Position numbers and translations under genes: made by a program
From: Macrotis lagotis
Lineage: Eukaryota
Direction of reading: 5' to 3'
Assembly (NCBI RefSeq): GCF_037893015.1
Contig: NC_133658.1
Coordinates: forward strand, 742,210,877 to 742,274,876
Length of the DNA stretch: 64,000 bases
Part shown: in pieces, positions 25,130 through 36,129 of the stretch
Layout: each line of letters starts with the position of its first letter
Position numbering within the stretch: the stretch's first letter is position 1
The notes under the pieces: generated by a model
Seen by the model: the letters and a program-made list of their open reading frames with translations, nothing else
What the model was told of the DNA's origin: nothing
Databases searched by the model: none

Positions 25130-25640
25130 ATGATAAAAATGCATATAGTCAACACTGGAGGGATTATAAAATGATAGGCATATTATTACCTTTTTGGTGA
25201 AGCTATGAAACCATAATCAGGTTGAAAAACAATTTGGAATTATGCAAGTAAAGTGACTAAAATATCCATATCCTTTGAACTAGAGACTCCATTATTAGGT
25301 TTATAATCCAAAGAAACCATCAATTAGAGGAAAAAAAGCCCCCATATACACCAAAATATTTATAGCAGTTGTTTTTGTGACAGAAAAGGATTGGAAACAA
25401 ACTAGATGCCCATCATTTGGGCATCCAGTTAATCAAATCACGGCATATGAATATAATGGAATAATTCATAAGAAATTATGTATCTGACAAATACAGAGAA
25501 TCTTGGAAAGATCTTCATGAACTAATGCTGTGTGATGAAGTAAGCAGTGTCACAAAAACAATATACACAATAACTACAACCATGTAAATCAAAGAACAAC
25601 TATACATTGAATGAATGTCACAAGCAGAAATTTATTTAAT
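25130..25640 (+). mobile_element. L1 ORF2 C-terminal fragment
   Basis: plus translation of ORF2 tail type (..KPHIHQNIYSSCFCDRKGLETN.MPIIWASS.SNHGI.I.WNNS..). Confidence 0.6.
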
Positions 25641-25645
25641 GGTGC

Positions 25646-25688
25646 ATGTGTGTGTGTGTGTATGTATGTTGTGTGTGTATGTGTGTAT
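25646..25688. repeat. (GT)n imperfect microsatellite
   Basis: direct read. Confidence 0.85.
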
Positions 25689-27135
25689 AGCATCACTGGA
25701 CCTGTGCTCTGGGAAAATCACTTTGGCAGTCAAAGGAAAGATGGATTGAAGTGAAGCAGGCAGACGCATCAGCAGTATATTGCAAGATTCAAGGTTTGAA
25801 GTGAGGAGGACCTGCACGAACCAGAGTGGTGGCAGTGTCAGAGGACAGAAGGAGGGTTATTTGATACATGTTGCAAAGGTGAAACCAACAGGCCTTGACA
25901 ACAGCTTGGATATGTAGGGGTGAGAGGGAGTAAGGGGGCTTGGATAACTCCTAGATAGTGAGCCTAAGGGACTGGAAAATGGTGTTGCCCTCTAAAATAA
26001 CAAGGAAGGTAAAGAGGTAGAGAGGGTTTAGGGGAAAGATAATGAACTCTGTTTTGGACATATCACATTTACAATATCCATTGAACAACTAGTTCAAGTT
26101 GGCTGAAAGGCAGTTAGAAATGCAAAAATGTAGTTCAGTAGAAAAGCTAGGGCAGGAAAGGTAGATTTGAAAATCATCAGTAAAGAATGGTAAGTAAATC
26201 CTTGGGAGGTGACAGATCACTAAGAAAAGTGCTACAAAAGGAGGAGGAAGAAGGTTGAACCTTGAGGGACACTTATAATTAGAGGGTGTGATTTGGAGGA
26301 GGATCCAGCAAAGAAAACTGGTGTGTGTCAGGTCTAACCAAATGAGAAAATGTTCACCTGGGTGGAAGACATTGCTCCTCTTTACAGAGGAGGCTAGAGA
26401 TCAAGCAAGAGACAATATGAAATGGAATATACTTGATAGATAGTCAGATGGGAGGCCCGATTTCACCACTCCACTCCAAAGTCTGGGATACCATTGTATT
26501 TATCTGTATCCTCTATACCAGGAAGTAATCATAACACTTTCATATTGTTATTTCAATGGTTCACACAAATATGCATATATATGTAATACATATACATATA
26601 TGCATAAAATATGTGTTTGTCGAAGTTCTTTGAAGGTGGGAACTGTTCTCATTTTTTCATCATTTAAAGCATCTGGCAAAGTTCAATGTATAGAAGAGGT
26701 TCTCAGGAGACAGTGACTGAATTGAATGGAGGATGTGGTCTATGTAAAAGCAAAGCTGTGCTATTTTCATTGTTGCAAAGAATTAAAAATTGAAAGGGGG
26801 AGCCTTTCAGTTAGGAAATGGCTAAACAAAGCTGTGGTGGATATTTGTATTATAATGTTCTTGTGCTATAGGATATGAAAAAGAGATGGTTTTAGAAAAA
26901 CCTAGAAAGACATTTTATTATTTGATGCAAAGTGAAGTGCACAGAACCAGAAAAACTGATACAATAACAACCATATTATAAAGACAGACAACTTTTAAAG
27001 ATTAGGAACTCTGATCAATACAATGGAACCAACCTCATGATGAAGTTCACCTATCTAGATAGAAAGGGGAAGGATTTAGGATGCAAATTGAAGCGTTCTT
27101 TTTGGATATGGTTAAGACAGGAATTTGTAGGGTGG

Positions 27136-27293
27136 GAGGCTAGGTGGCACAGTGGATAAAGCACTGGCCCTGGAGTCAGTAGTACCTGGGTTCAAATCTG
27201 GTCTCAGACATTTAATAATTACCTAGCTGTGTGGCCTTGGGCAAGCCACTTAACCCCATTTGCCTTGCAAAAACCTCAAAAAAACAAAAAAAA
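27136..27293 (+). mobile_element. marsupial tRNA-derived SINE, young insertion with 14-bp TSD
   Basis: gggaggctaggtggcacagtggataaagcactggccctggagtcag...; AGACAGGAATTTGT directly flanks both ends. Confidence 0.9.
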
Positions 27294-27562
27294 AGACAGG
27301 AATTTGTTTTGTTTGGATATATATTTATAATAATTTTTGGTTTTGCTTTATCAATAGTTAGGGGAGAGAAAGATGCTGGGAGAAAAATTTGAAACTAAAA
27401 ACAAAACTGAATTTTAAAAAAAGTAATGTGGTGGGAAAAGGACACAATTTGTGTGTGCATGCACATATGTGCACGCTGCATTAATTAACTTGGTTCAAGA
27501 AGAAAAATAATTATTTAACATAAAGGCAATATCATGAAGCTCTTTTTTGTATTAAGACTTAC

Positions 27563-27697
27563 TCTGGCTTGCATACTCTGGCTTGCATACTCTGGTTGTT
27601 CCAACTCCCAATCCATGTATGGCAGAAAGTCTATGTCTTCTGTGGTGATAAATTCCAAAATATTTGGAGTATGGGGATCCAGTGATTCATTGCCATC
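27563..27697 (-). CDS. PARP4: PARP4 acidic exon (45 codons)
   Basis: acceptor ttttttattcag|GATGGC, donor CCAGA|gtaagt, phase 0-0; DGNESLDPHTPNILEFITTEDIDFLPYMDWELEQPEYASQSMQAR vs human DENESPFPDIPKVSELIAKEDVDFLPYMSWQGEPQEA. Confidence 0.85.
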
Positions 27698-27879
27698 CTG
27701 AATAAAAAACAAGTGAAATTAGAACTGATTTTTATAATAAAGCTTTCATGATTCCACTGTCAGAACACACAAGATAATAATTCTCAAATTGGGAATACTA
27801 GTAGATTTAAGAAGATAATATCACCATCTAAAATGGAAGCTAATCTTCTCTGAGGTACCACCTCACACCTCTCAGACTG

Positions 27880-28700
27880 GCCAATATGACCAGAAAGGAC
27901 AATGATCATTGTTGGAAGGGTCCTGGGAAATCTGGGACACTATTACATTGTTGGTAGAGCTGTGAACTCATTCCACCTTTCTGGAGAGAAATTTGGAACT
28001 ATGCCAAAAGGGCAACAAAAATATGCATACCCTTTGATCCAGCAATATCACTTACTTGGGTCTATACCCTGAAGAGATGATGAAAAGGGTAAAAACATCA
28101 TTTGTACAAAAATATTTATAACAGTCCTGTTTGTGGTGGCAAAGAATTGGAAATTAAGTAAATGTCCTTCGATTGGGGAATGGCTTAGCAAACTGTGGTA
28201 TATATATGTCATGGAACACTATTGTTCTCTTATAAACCAGGAGGGATGGGAATTCAGGGAAGCCTGGAGGGATTTGCATGAACTGATCCTGAGTGAGATG
28301 AGCAGAACCAGGGGAACACTGTACACCCTAACAGCAACAAGGGGGTGATGATCAACCTTGAAGGAGTGGCTCATTCCATCAGTGCAACAGTCAGGGACAA
28401 TTTGGGGCTCTCTGCAATGGAGAATACCATCTGTATTCAGAGAAACAACTGTAGAGTTTGAACAAAGACCAAGGACTATTACCTTAAATTTAGAAAAAAA
28501 CCAGATATCTTATTGTCTGATCTTGCTATCTCTTTTACTTTATATTTCTTCCTTAAGGATATGATTTCTCTCTCATCACACTCAATTTAGATCAATGTAT
28601 ACCATGGAAACAATGTAAAGACTGACAAATTGCCTTCTGTGGGGGGTGGGAGTAAGATTAAGGGAAAAGTTGTAAAACTCAAAATAAATAAAATCTTTAA
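27880..28700 (+). mobile_element. L1 3' end (ORF2 C-terminus + 3'UTR), plus orientation
   Basis: ORFs 28133..28348 and 28358..28564 = ..VAKNWKLSKCPSIGEWLSKLWYIYVMEHY.. and the ORF2 tail; followed by 3'UTR reverse-matching 1400..1600. Confidence 0.85.
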
Positions 28701-29473
28701 TGAATAAAAATATCATTCAACCTTGAAAAATAAAATAAAATGGAAGCTAACAAAAAATCAATGAGATTAATCAGAGGCAAAATTGGATGAGTTATTAATA
28801 TAACTAGTGTGAAAATCTTACATTTCTGAAGAAAAATTGGTTTCTCAACTTCTCATTATGGAGTTATAAATCTGAATGTTGTCTCTGATTGTAAAAATGA
28901 CAATCTGCCAAGTCAAGATCATTTCTATTTTAATGTTGATATAGCCTGTGTCAATACTACCTGGTCAGCCTTGTAAGAGCACCAATAAATTCCTTTACCT
29001 CGATCAACAAATCACAAGATAAGAGACATGCTGGATGAGGAAAGAGAAATCTTGTGTTTATCTACAAATATCCCCTCTCCAGCCTAAGCAGGATTCTTAT
29101 CAATAGGAATTTGAAACAAATTTTATAATTTATGAGAGGATCATGATGTAGAACTATGTCATCTATATGAAATCTCATTGGTTGCCTAACTCAGTTTTAT
29201 GTCTCTTTGATTTTTCTGTACAAAAATGCCTCACAAATTTTACTTTGGGGTTGACTTCTTTAATGATGTCTTCCACCTATAGTTTTTACAGTCAATTTTA
29301 GAGAATAAAACTTCATGTATAACTTTTTGTTATTTCATTTTTAATCCAAAATAATTAAGCTTGACACTAGGTAGCTTTTTAAAAAAAATCAGGAAAATAA
29401 CCAAAATGTAGCAATAGTTAACTCATATCACCTAAGCTTTCATTGGTCACATATACACAATAAGGGCAAGGAC

Positions 29474-29522
29474 CCTGTCTAGATCAGAGAAAGACCTTGC
29501 CCTGTGGTCTTTTCCTGTATTG
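29474..29522 (-). CDS. PARP4: candidate small PARP4 exon (49 nt)
   Basis: acceptor cttcttcttaaaag|CAATAC; translation (x)NTGKDHRARSFSDLDR loosely matches human ..TTGTMIHKLAARALIRD..; donor gtcctt is weak. Confidence 0.3.
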
Positions 29523-30585
29523 CTTTTAAGAAGAAGCACAACAGATTTGGGATTGAAGGATTTGGGTGGTGGTGGTCATCATTACAAAACCCAGAGAACT
29601 CCTGGAGAGTTATTAGAAGCTTCTAATAATAGTATCTAAAAGGAAACTGGCTAGAAGCAGTTAAGCATTTGAAAATTAAATAGGGGTAACATGAACTTTC
29701 TTTCTCTAAATCAGAATGAAGTCTCTTGCAGAAAAGCTGCCCTTGGCAACCAAGAAATATTGTTCAAAGAATAGAGGAAAGCCTGAAGGCCTTAATTAGC
29801 TGGAGTAATCCTGGCTTGGTGATTCAAAGAGTTTGGAACTAGGGCAAGGAGTTTCTTTCTTGAGAGGGAAGGTACTCACATTAAGAAGGATCAGGAAATA
29901 TTCTTTTTTAGAGAGCAGGATTTTATCTGAGACTTGCAGAAAGCCAGGGAAGATTGGAGGCAGAAATGAGAAAGAGGAAAGTTCTAGGCATGGAAGACAG
30001 CCAGTGAAAATGCCCAGAGTTGGAATATGGAATATCTTGTTCACGGAACAGCAAGAGGGCCAGAGTCATTGGATCACAGGTTTATGTGGGAGGTGGGGAC
30101 AGAAGCCTGGAAAGATAGAAAGGGGCCAGATGATGGAGGACTTTAAAAAGTCAAACAGAGAATTTTAGGCTTGATCCTGGAGACAAGAGTCACTGATGTT
30201 GATTCAAAAGGGGATGACATGATTAAACTTGAGCTTTAAGAAGATCAATTAGATAGCTAAGTGTAGAATGGACTGGAATAGAGAGAAACTTGAGGCAAGG
30301 AGACCAACTGGGGACAGACAACTGCAATAGTCCTGGTGTGAGGTGATGAGGGACTCACAGGATTGTGATGATGTCAGAGAAGAGAAGTGGGTGTCATGCT
30401 GTGAAGATAGAAACAACAGGATTTGTCAAAATGATTGAACAAGGAAGGTAAGAGATTGAGGAGTCAAGGTGGACTCTGAGGTTATGTAAGGATAGTAATG
30501 AAGGGGAGGTTTAAGGAGGACAGATAATGAGTACAGTTTTGGACATGTTGAGTTTAAGATGTCCATGTGACATCTGGCTTGAAAT

Positions 30586-30892
30586 TTCTTTTTCTTTTTT
30601 TTTTTTTTTTTGGTTTTTGTAAGGCAATTAGGGTTAAGTGACTTGCCCAAAATCACACTGTTTTAAGTGTCTAAGGTCAGATTTGAACTTAGGTCCTCCT
30701 TACTCAAGGGCTAGTGCTCCATTCACTGTGTCACCTAGCTGCCCCTAGCTTGAAATTTTTTTTGGCTTTTGCAAGGCAATGGGGTTAAGTGACTTGCCCA
30801 AGATCACACAGCTAGTTAATTATTAAGTGTCCAAGGTCACATTTGAACTCAGGTCCTTCTGACTCCAGGGCTAGAGCTCTTTCCACTGTGCC
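30586..30892 (-). mobile_element. two tandem marsupial tRNA-derived SINE copies (30586..30745 and 30756..30892) sharing one target motif
   Basis: motif CTTGAAATTT occurs before copy A, between the copies and after copy B. Confidence 0.85.
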
Positions 30893-32377
30893 AACTTGAA
30901 ATTTCTAATAGCAGTTGGAGATGTGAGACTGAAGGTCAGAAAAGAGGTTAACTAGGATCAGGACAAATAAGTTTGAGACTTATTTGAATAGAAATGGTAG
31001 TGGAAGGGAAATGATGAGTTAAAAAATTGAAAAAAGAGGGAGAAGAGAAAAGAGCCCAGGCCAGAGTCTTAGAGGACATTCATGATTAATGGGCAAGACC
31101 TACATGAAGATTCAGGGAAGAAGACTAAGAAGGCATGGTCAAACAGGCACAAGGAAAACCAGGAGGGAATGTTGAGGAGAAGAGGGTGATTGAATTTCAT
31201 TGGTTGCCACCCTACTTATTGTGAGGAAGAGGGAGCACCTTCTTGGAGAATGCACTAGCAGTCAGAGCTAGAGAAGAGCTTGGCAGCCTCCTAGCCAGAG
31301 GAACTCTGCCCAACAGTGATTATGAGGTCAGTGAACTACTATCATGCAGAGGCTTTGTGGGACTACTCTAGAGCAGAATTAGCATAAAGAACACATTGGT
31401 AGACTTACATACAGTTCCAGGGGTATGACTTGTTTCCACATTTGGATATCACTACACATCTTTTCCCATGTATATGCTGGCCATGTGTGTTCCACATTTC
31501 CCACTAGTGTTGGAATTTGAGGGGGAAAAGTGGCCCATATTTATGTAGCAACTGTTTTTTTAGAAGGTAGGTAGGTGATACAGTAGATAAAACTCCAAAT
31601 GCCAAGAGTTAGCAAGATTTGAGTTTAAATCCAGCCTGAGACACTTATTACTAATATGACCCCAGGCAAGTCACTTAACTGCTGTCTGCCTCATATTCTT
31701 TATTTATAAAATTCTTTATTTTTATGGGAAAGTCTAGGAGACAAGAGTGAGCACAGGATGTTTTACCTTGCATTGGTTCAACAAATCCTTCAAGATTTAA
31801 TACATATTACCCAGTGTTTAATAAGAATCCCATCAAGGTGTTATTCTTCATATATTTTCATTCCATCAGATCATCCCATTCTAAGTATAATATAAGCTCA
31901 GAGCCAGTATTCTAGACAACCTCATAAAACTGAGGCAGCCAGATATGCAAAGATAATAATTAACAACAGATGAAAGCCCCAGATGGTCTTTATAATTGTC
32001 CACCATCTTAGGAATGGGCTGGCATATTTTACTAGTCCAAGTTGATATGTACCTATTACTGACCACTGGAGCCATGGGGATAGTCTATTACTTCTGCAGT
32101 GGTCAAGACATCAGCCTCAATCTTCAGATCCTCATTAACGGAGGAAAATATTTGCATTATCACAAAAGATTGTGTTGAAGAAAGCACTGGAAAACACTAT
32201 GGGAATGTGAGGTGTTGTAATTTACTATTAATAAAATAATAGTTATATAATTATTAATAATAGTTTGATGCTTTGCAATAGCCTTGAAGATCCTGGCTTT
32301 CTAGCAAAATCATTTAGTTTTTCCACTTTACTACGTAATTAAAGTTCATTAATAACAAATATAATCAACTATAATTT

Positions 32378-32532
32378 TCTTTTTTTTTTGGTTTTTGCAA
32401 GACAATGGGGTTGAGTGACTTGCCCAAGGTCACACAGTTAGGCAATTATTAAGTGTCTGAGGCCAAATTTGAACTCAGGTCCTCCTGACTCCAGGACTGG
32501 TGCTCTGTCCACTGCATCAACTAGCTGCCCCC
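32378..32532 (-). mobile_element. marsupial tRNA-derived SINE
   Basis: polyT + gcaagacaatggggttgagtgacttgcccaaggtcacacagttaggcaattattaagtgtctgaggccaaatttgaactc... Confidence 0.85.
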
Positions 32533-33699
32533 AACTGTAATTTAATAGCCCCAAATTTTGTATATTTTATTGTTTAAGACAATTAATACAATTTAATTAC
32601 CTATTAACAGCAATACTTACCCTCTTCTCAACTGCCACAAAACTTGTAAATTGTGTTATAATAGAGTTCTCCTTGCTGAGTTTAATAATCAGTGACTTCA
32701 AAATTTGTTTCTTCATCTAGGTTGGAACATTTTAAATGGATAGAAATTTTATACCCAACATATATTTTATATTTTAGGTGTAGAGATACATAATTCACAC
32801 ACACACACATACACATACAATATTCCTTTTTTTAATTTTTGGTTTTTATTACTCCTTAAATAGAAATTCTGGATAAGTCTATGTTCCCCTTTATATAAGG
32901 GAATATATATATGATCCTATATTCAGAAAGAACACTGGATTTGGAATCAGAAAATGTGAGTGCAAGCTTTGGCCTTTCCACATTCTTCAATATATCATTT
33001 AATGTCTCTTAGATTTAGTTTCCTCATCAATAAAATGATTATAATGCTACCTCCTTCTTATCTACTTCCCAGAGTTGTTGTGAGAATTAAATAAAAATGC
33101 ATGTGAAAATATTTTCTAAAGTGTAAAAGCTCTTCAAATGTAAGATTTTATTATTGTCATCTATGGACAAAATATATTTTTGTATTCAATATTTCAAACA
33201 AAACATACATGCAAAATTTTTTTTACATTTTTCACTTTTATAAGGTAGGTAGGTGATTTTATATCATCTACCTAAGAGACCTGATGTGATAAATCATATT
33301 TAAAGAAAGAAAAGACCTTGACAAAAATCAAATAAGGAAAACTACCTAATCCAAGAAAATCTTGAAAATAATTTATCAGTTTATCCAAAAGTCTAAAAAT
33401 ATTTAGTATTACATTAATTTAGGATCACTCTCCTTAAAAGCAACTTTAGCCTACCCATAGACTGGGACTTTGGATAAGTCAAGAAATCTGTTATAAGCTT
33501 TCACCTTTTGAAAGTAAAGTTATAAATCTGTAGCTTCATGAATTTAGGTGGGCAATCTCCTTACAATAATAAAAATCTTTTGTCAAATATTTGATAGGAT
33601 AACAGGCTCGAAAGGACTTAAAAGGTTCTCCTCTTATATGAGGATTTTATCCCACAGATGAGGAAATCCAGATAACTTAGATGACTTGTCCAAGATAAC

Positions 33700-35230
33700 T
33701 CTCAAATAAGAGCTCCTCCAAGTTCCACTCTCTTTTCATTGGAGTCTATTCCAGTTGTTCTTGCTGTTATGTTAGTTTTATAAAACTAGAAATCTAAATG
33801 AAAATGTAATAGAAGTGGAATTTTCTCTCCAAAAGAAATAAAAAGAGATGAAGAATATTCTTCAACATGTTGTCCTTCCATTCTGGCATGAGACTATCTC
33901 TAAAGGTCCTTCTAGTTCTAAATTCTATGATTTTATATAATTTTCTTTAAGGCAAATTCCTTTAGCCATATACATTACACATAAATATATGTACTTTTTA
34001 AATTTTATTTTTTCCAATTATATTCAACATTTATTTTTGTAAGATTTTGAGTTACACGTTTTTCTCCCTCCCTCTTTTCCTTCCCTCCCTCCTCTCCAAA
34101 ATGGCAAGTAATCTGATATAGATTATACACATACAATTAAATATACTTATTTCTTTATCCAAATAACCTAGCTTCACATGTTGTTGGCTATATCAATTTA
34201 AGGAAGATTTTCTAAAAATCAAAGTATACTTTCTATGGAAAGGACAAACCTCATGCTTTGTCTCATCTTCATGGAGTATTCCATCTTCATAATCTCTGAT
34301 GACAGCTCTAGCTGTTAGCTTGTGAAGCATCTACATTTCATGGGCAAAAGAAAACAACTGTAACTTTTCTTTGATTACCACTTTATCTCCTCAACTTTTA
34401 AAAGTCATTAATCAATTTCCTTAGTTGCCTAATTTCTTTTTTAAAAAAGTAGCAGGTTTGTCCCTCTGATTCCCACCCAGTACTAGGAGGAGGTCTCAAT
34501 AACATGCTTGGAGGAAAGAAAAAATATTGTAATCAATAGATTATTCATAAAAAGAATTGATCTTAGGAAATGACTTACGTGACCCTTTATCTGTTTCTTT
34601 GTTTTGTTTTGATTTCAAACTAATAATCTGCTTTTACTACTTTTAATTAAAATTTATTTTTAATCATCAAAAATCTGCCTTATCTCCTCTCACCTTCACC
34701 CCTCCAAACTGAGAAAAAAAGAAAAGACAAATCCTCTATTAATATATATTTTATAGTCAAGCAAAACAAATTCCTGTACTCGTCAAGTAAATAAAATGTT
34801 TATGTTCTCTCTATCAGGAGGTGGGTAGTGTATTTAATCATGGATCCTATGGAATCATGATTCTTTATTGCACTGATCAGAGTTCCTAAATTTTTAAAGA
34901 TTGTTTTTTTCAATTCTGCCATCATTGTGTAAAACAGTCTCTTGGTTTTGCCTGCCTCACTCTGCATTGGTTCATATAAACTGTCCTAGGTTTCTCTGAA
35001 ACCATTCTCCTTCAACAATTCTTATACCACAAGAGCATACCATTACTATTAAAATCATAATATCTTTAGCCATTCCCAAACTGGGGAAAAATCTTCAATT
35101 TTTTGTTCTTACCACCACCAATCAATTACTACAAATATTTCTGTACATTTTTAGACTGTTTTGTGTTGGCCTACTCTATCTCTTAAGTTCTCACCTCTTT
35201 CCTTCTGGCTTCCCTATTGAATGCAAAGTA
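33700..35230 (-). mobile_element. L1 fragment (ORF2 C-terminal region/3' part), minus orientation
   Basis: plus strand 34900..35140 is homologous to the L1 antisense segment seen at 1790..2040 (..gcattggttcatataaactgtcctaggtttctctgaaaccattctcc.. vs ..agcatcagttcatgcaaatccttccaagcttccctaaatttccatcc..). Confidence 0.55.
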
Positions 35231-35370
35231 TTCCTATACACAACTGTGTATGTGATCATATGTGTATGTATTTTTTCCATCCTTTGACTAGTTCAAATGA
35301 GAATGTAATTCAAAATTCTTTGCTCTTCTCTCTTTTGCCTTTTCTTTCCCTCATTTTCCTGGTGTATTTC

Positions 35371-35431
<61 letters not shown>
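35371..35431. repeat. (TG)n microsatellite, ~30 units (source of fake ORFs 35221..35448 and 35293..35493)
   Basis: direct read. Confidence 0.95.
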
Positions 35432-35433
<2 letters not shown>

Positions 35434-35625
35434 TTTACCTTCTTTTGATCTGTTCAGATGAGAATGAGTTTCAAGTATCAACCACTTTCCCATCCTCTCC
35501 TCATTGTTTGTATTGACTTTTATTTCTTTATCTCAATTATATGAGATAATATCTCCTATTCTTTCCTTCTCTTCCTGCCTATATAATTCACCTCATTTTC
35601 CATTCTTCCTTTAAGATTGCTAAAA

Positions 35626-35770
35626 TCGGGGCAACTAAGTGGTGCAGTGGATAGAGCACTGACCCTGGAGAAAGGAGGACCTGAGTTCAAATGCAACTTC
35701 AGACACTTAATACTTGCTTAGTTGTGTAACCTTGGGCAAGTCACTTAATCCCATTGTCTTAAATAAATAA
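35626..35770 (+). mobile_element. tRNA-derived SINE, divergent subfamily
   Basis: ggggcaactaagtggtgcagtggatagagcactgaccctggagaaaggaggacctgagttcaaatgcaacttcagacacttaatacttgc... Confidence 0.75.
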
Positions 35771-35861
35771 AAATGTTTTAAAAAGGGATTGCCAAAATTT
35801 AAGAGAACCATTCCTAGGTGCTCTGTCTAATTTGACTCCTTCTATGACTTTTGATGGACTA

Positions 35862-36105
35862 GTAGGTGGCACAATAGATAGAGTAGCAGGTCTGAAGTCT
35901 AAAAGACCTGAATTCAAATCTTGCCTCAGGAAATCACTAGCTATGTGACCCTGTGCAAGTTATTTAATTCTATTTGCCTCAGTTTCCTCATCTGTAAAAT
36001 GAGCTGGAGAAGGAAATGGCAAATCACTCCAGTATCTTTGTCAAGAAAAATCCTAAAATGAGTCAAAAAGGGTCAGGATTGAAACAACTGAGAAACAACA
36101 ATCTG
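35862..36105 (+). mobile_element. Mar1/MIR-type marsupial SINE
   Basis: ...gcctcagtttcctcatctgtaaaatgagctggagaaggaaatggcaaatcactccagtatctttgtcaagaaaaatcctaaaatgagtcaaaaagggtcaggattgaaacaactgag... = diagnostic marsupial MIR-like consensus. Confidence 0.85.
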
Positions 36106-36129
36106 AATGATGAATGAAGTCTTAGGGGA

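Noticed and set aside
28988-29019. 32-nt segment with excellent acceptor (tttctctttcctcatccag|) and donor (|gtaaagg)
   Set aside because: Translation (.CLLSCDLLIE) does not match PARP4 and two frames contain stops. Possibly a cryptic or poison exon, but unsupported
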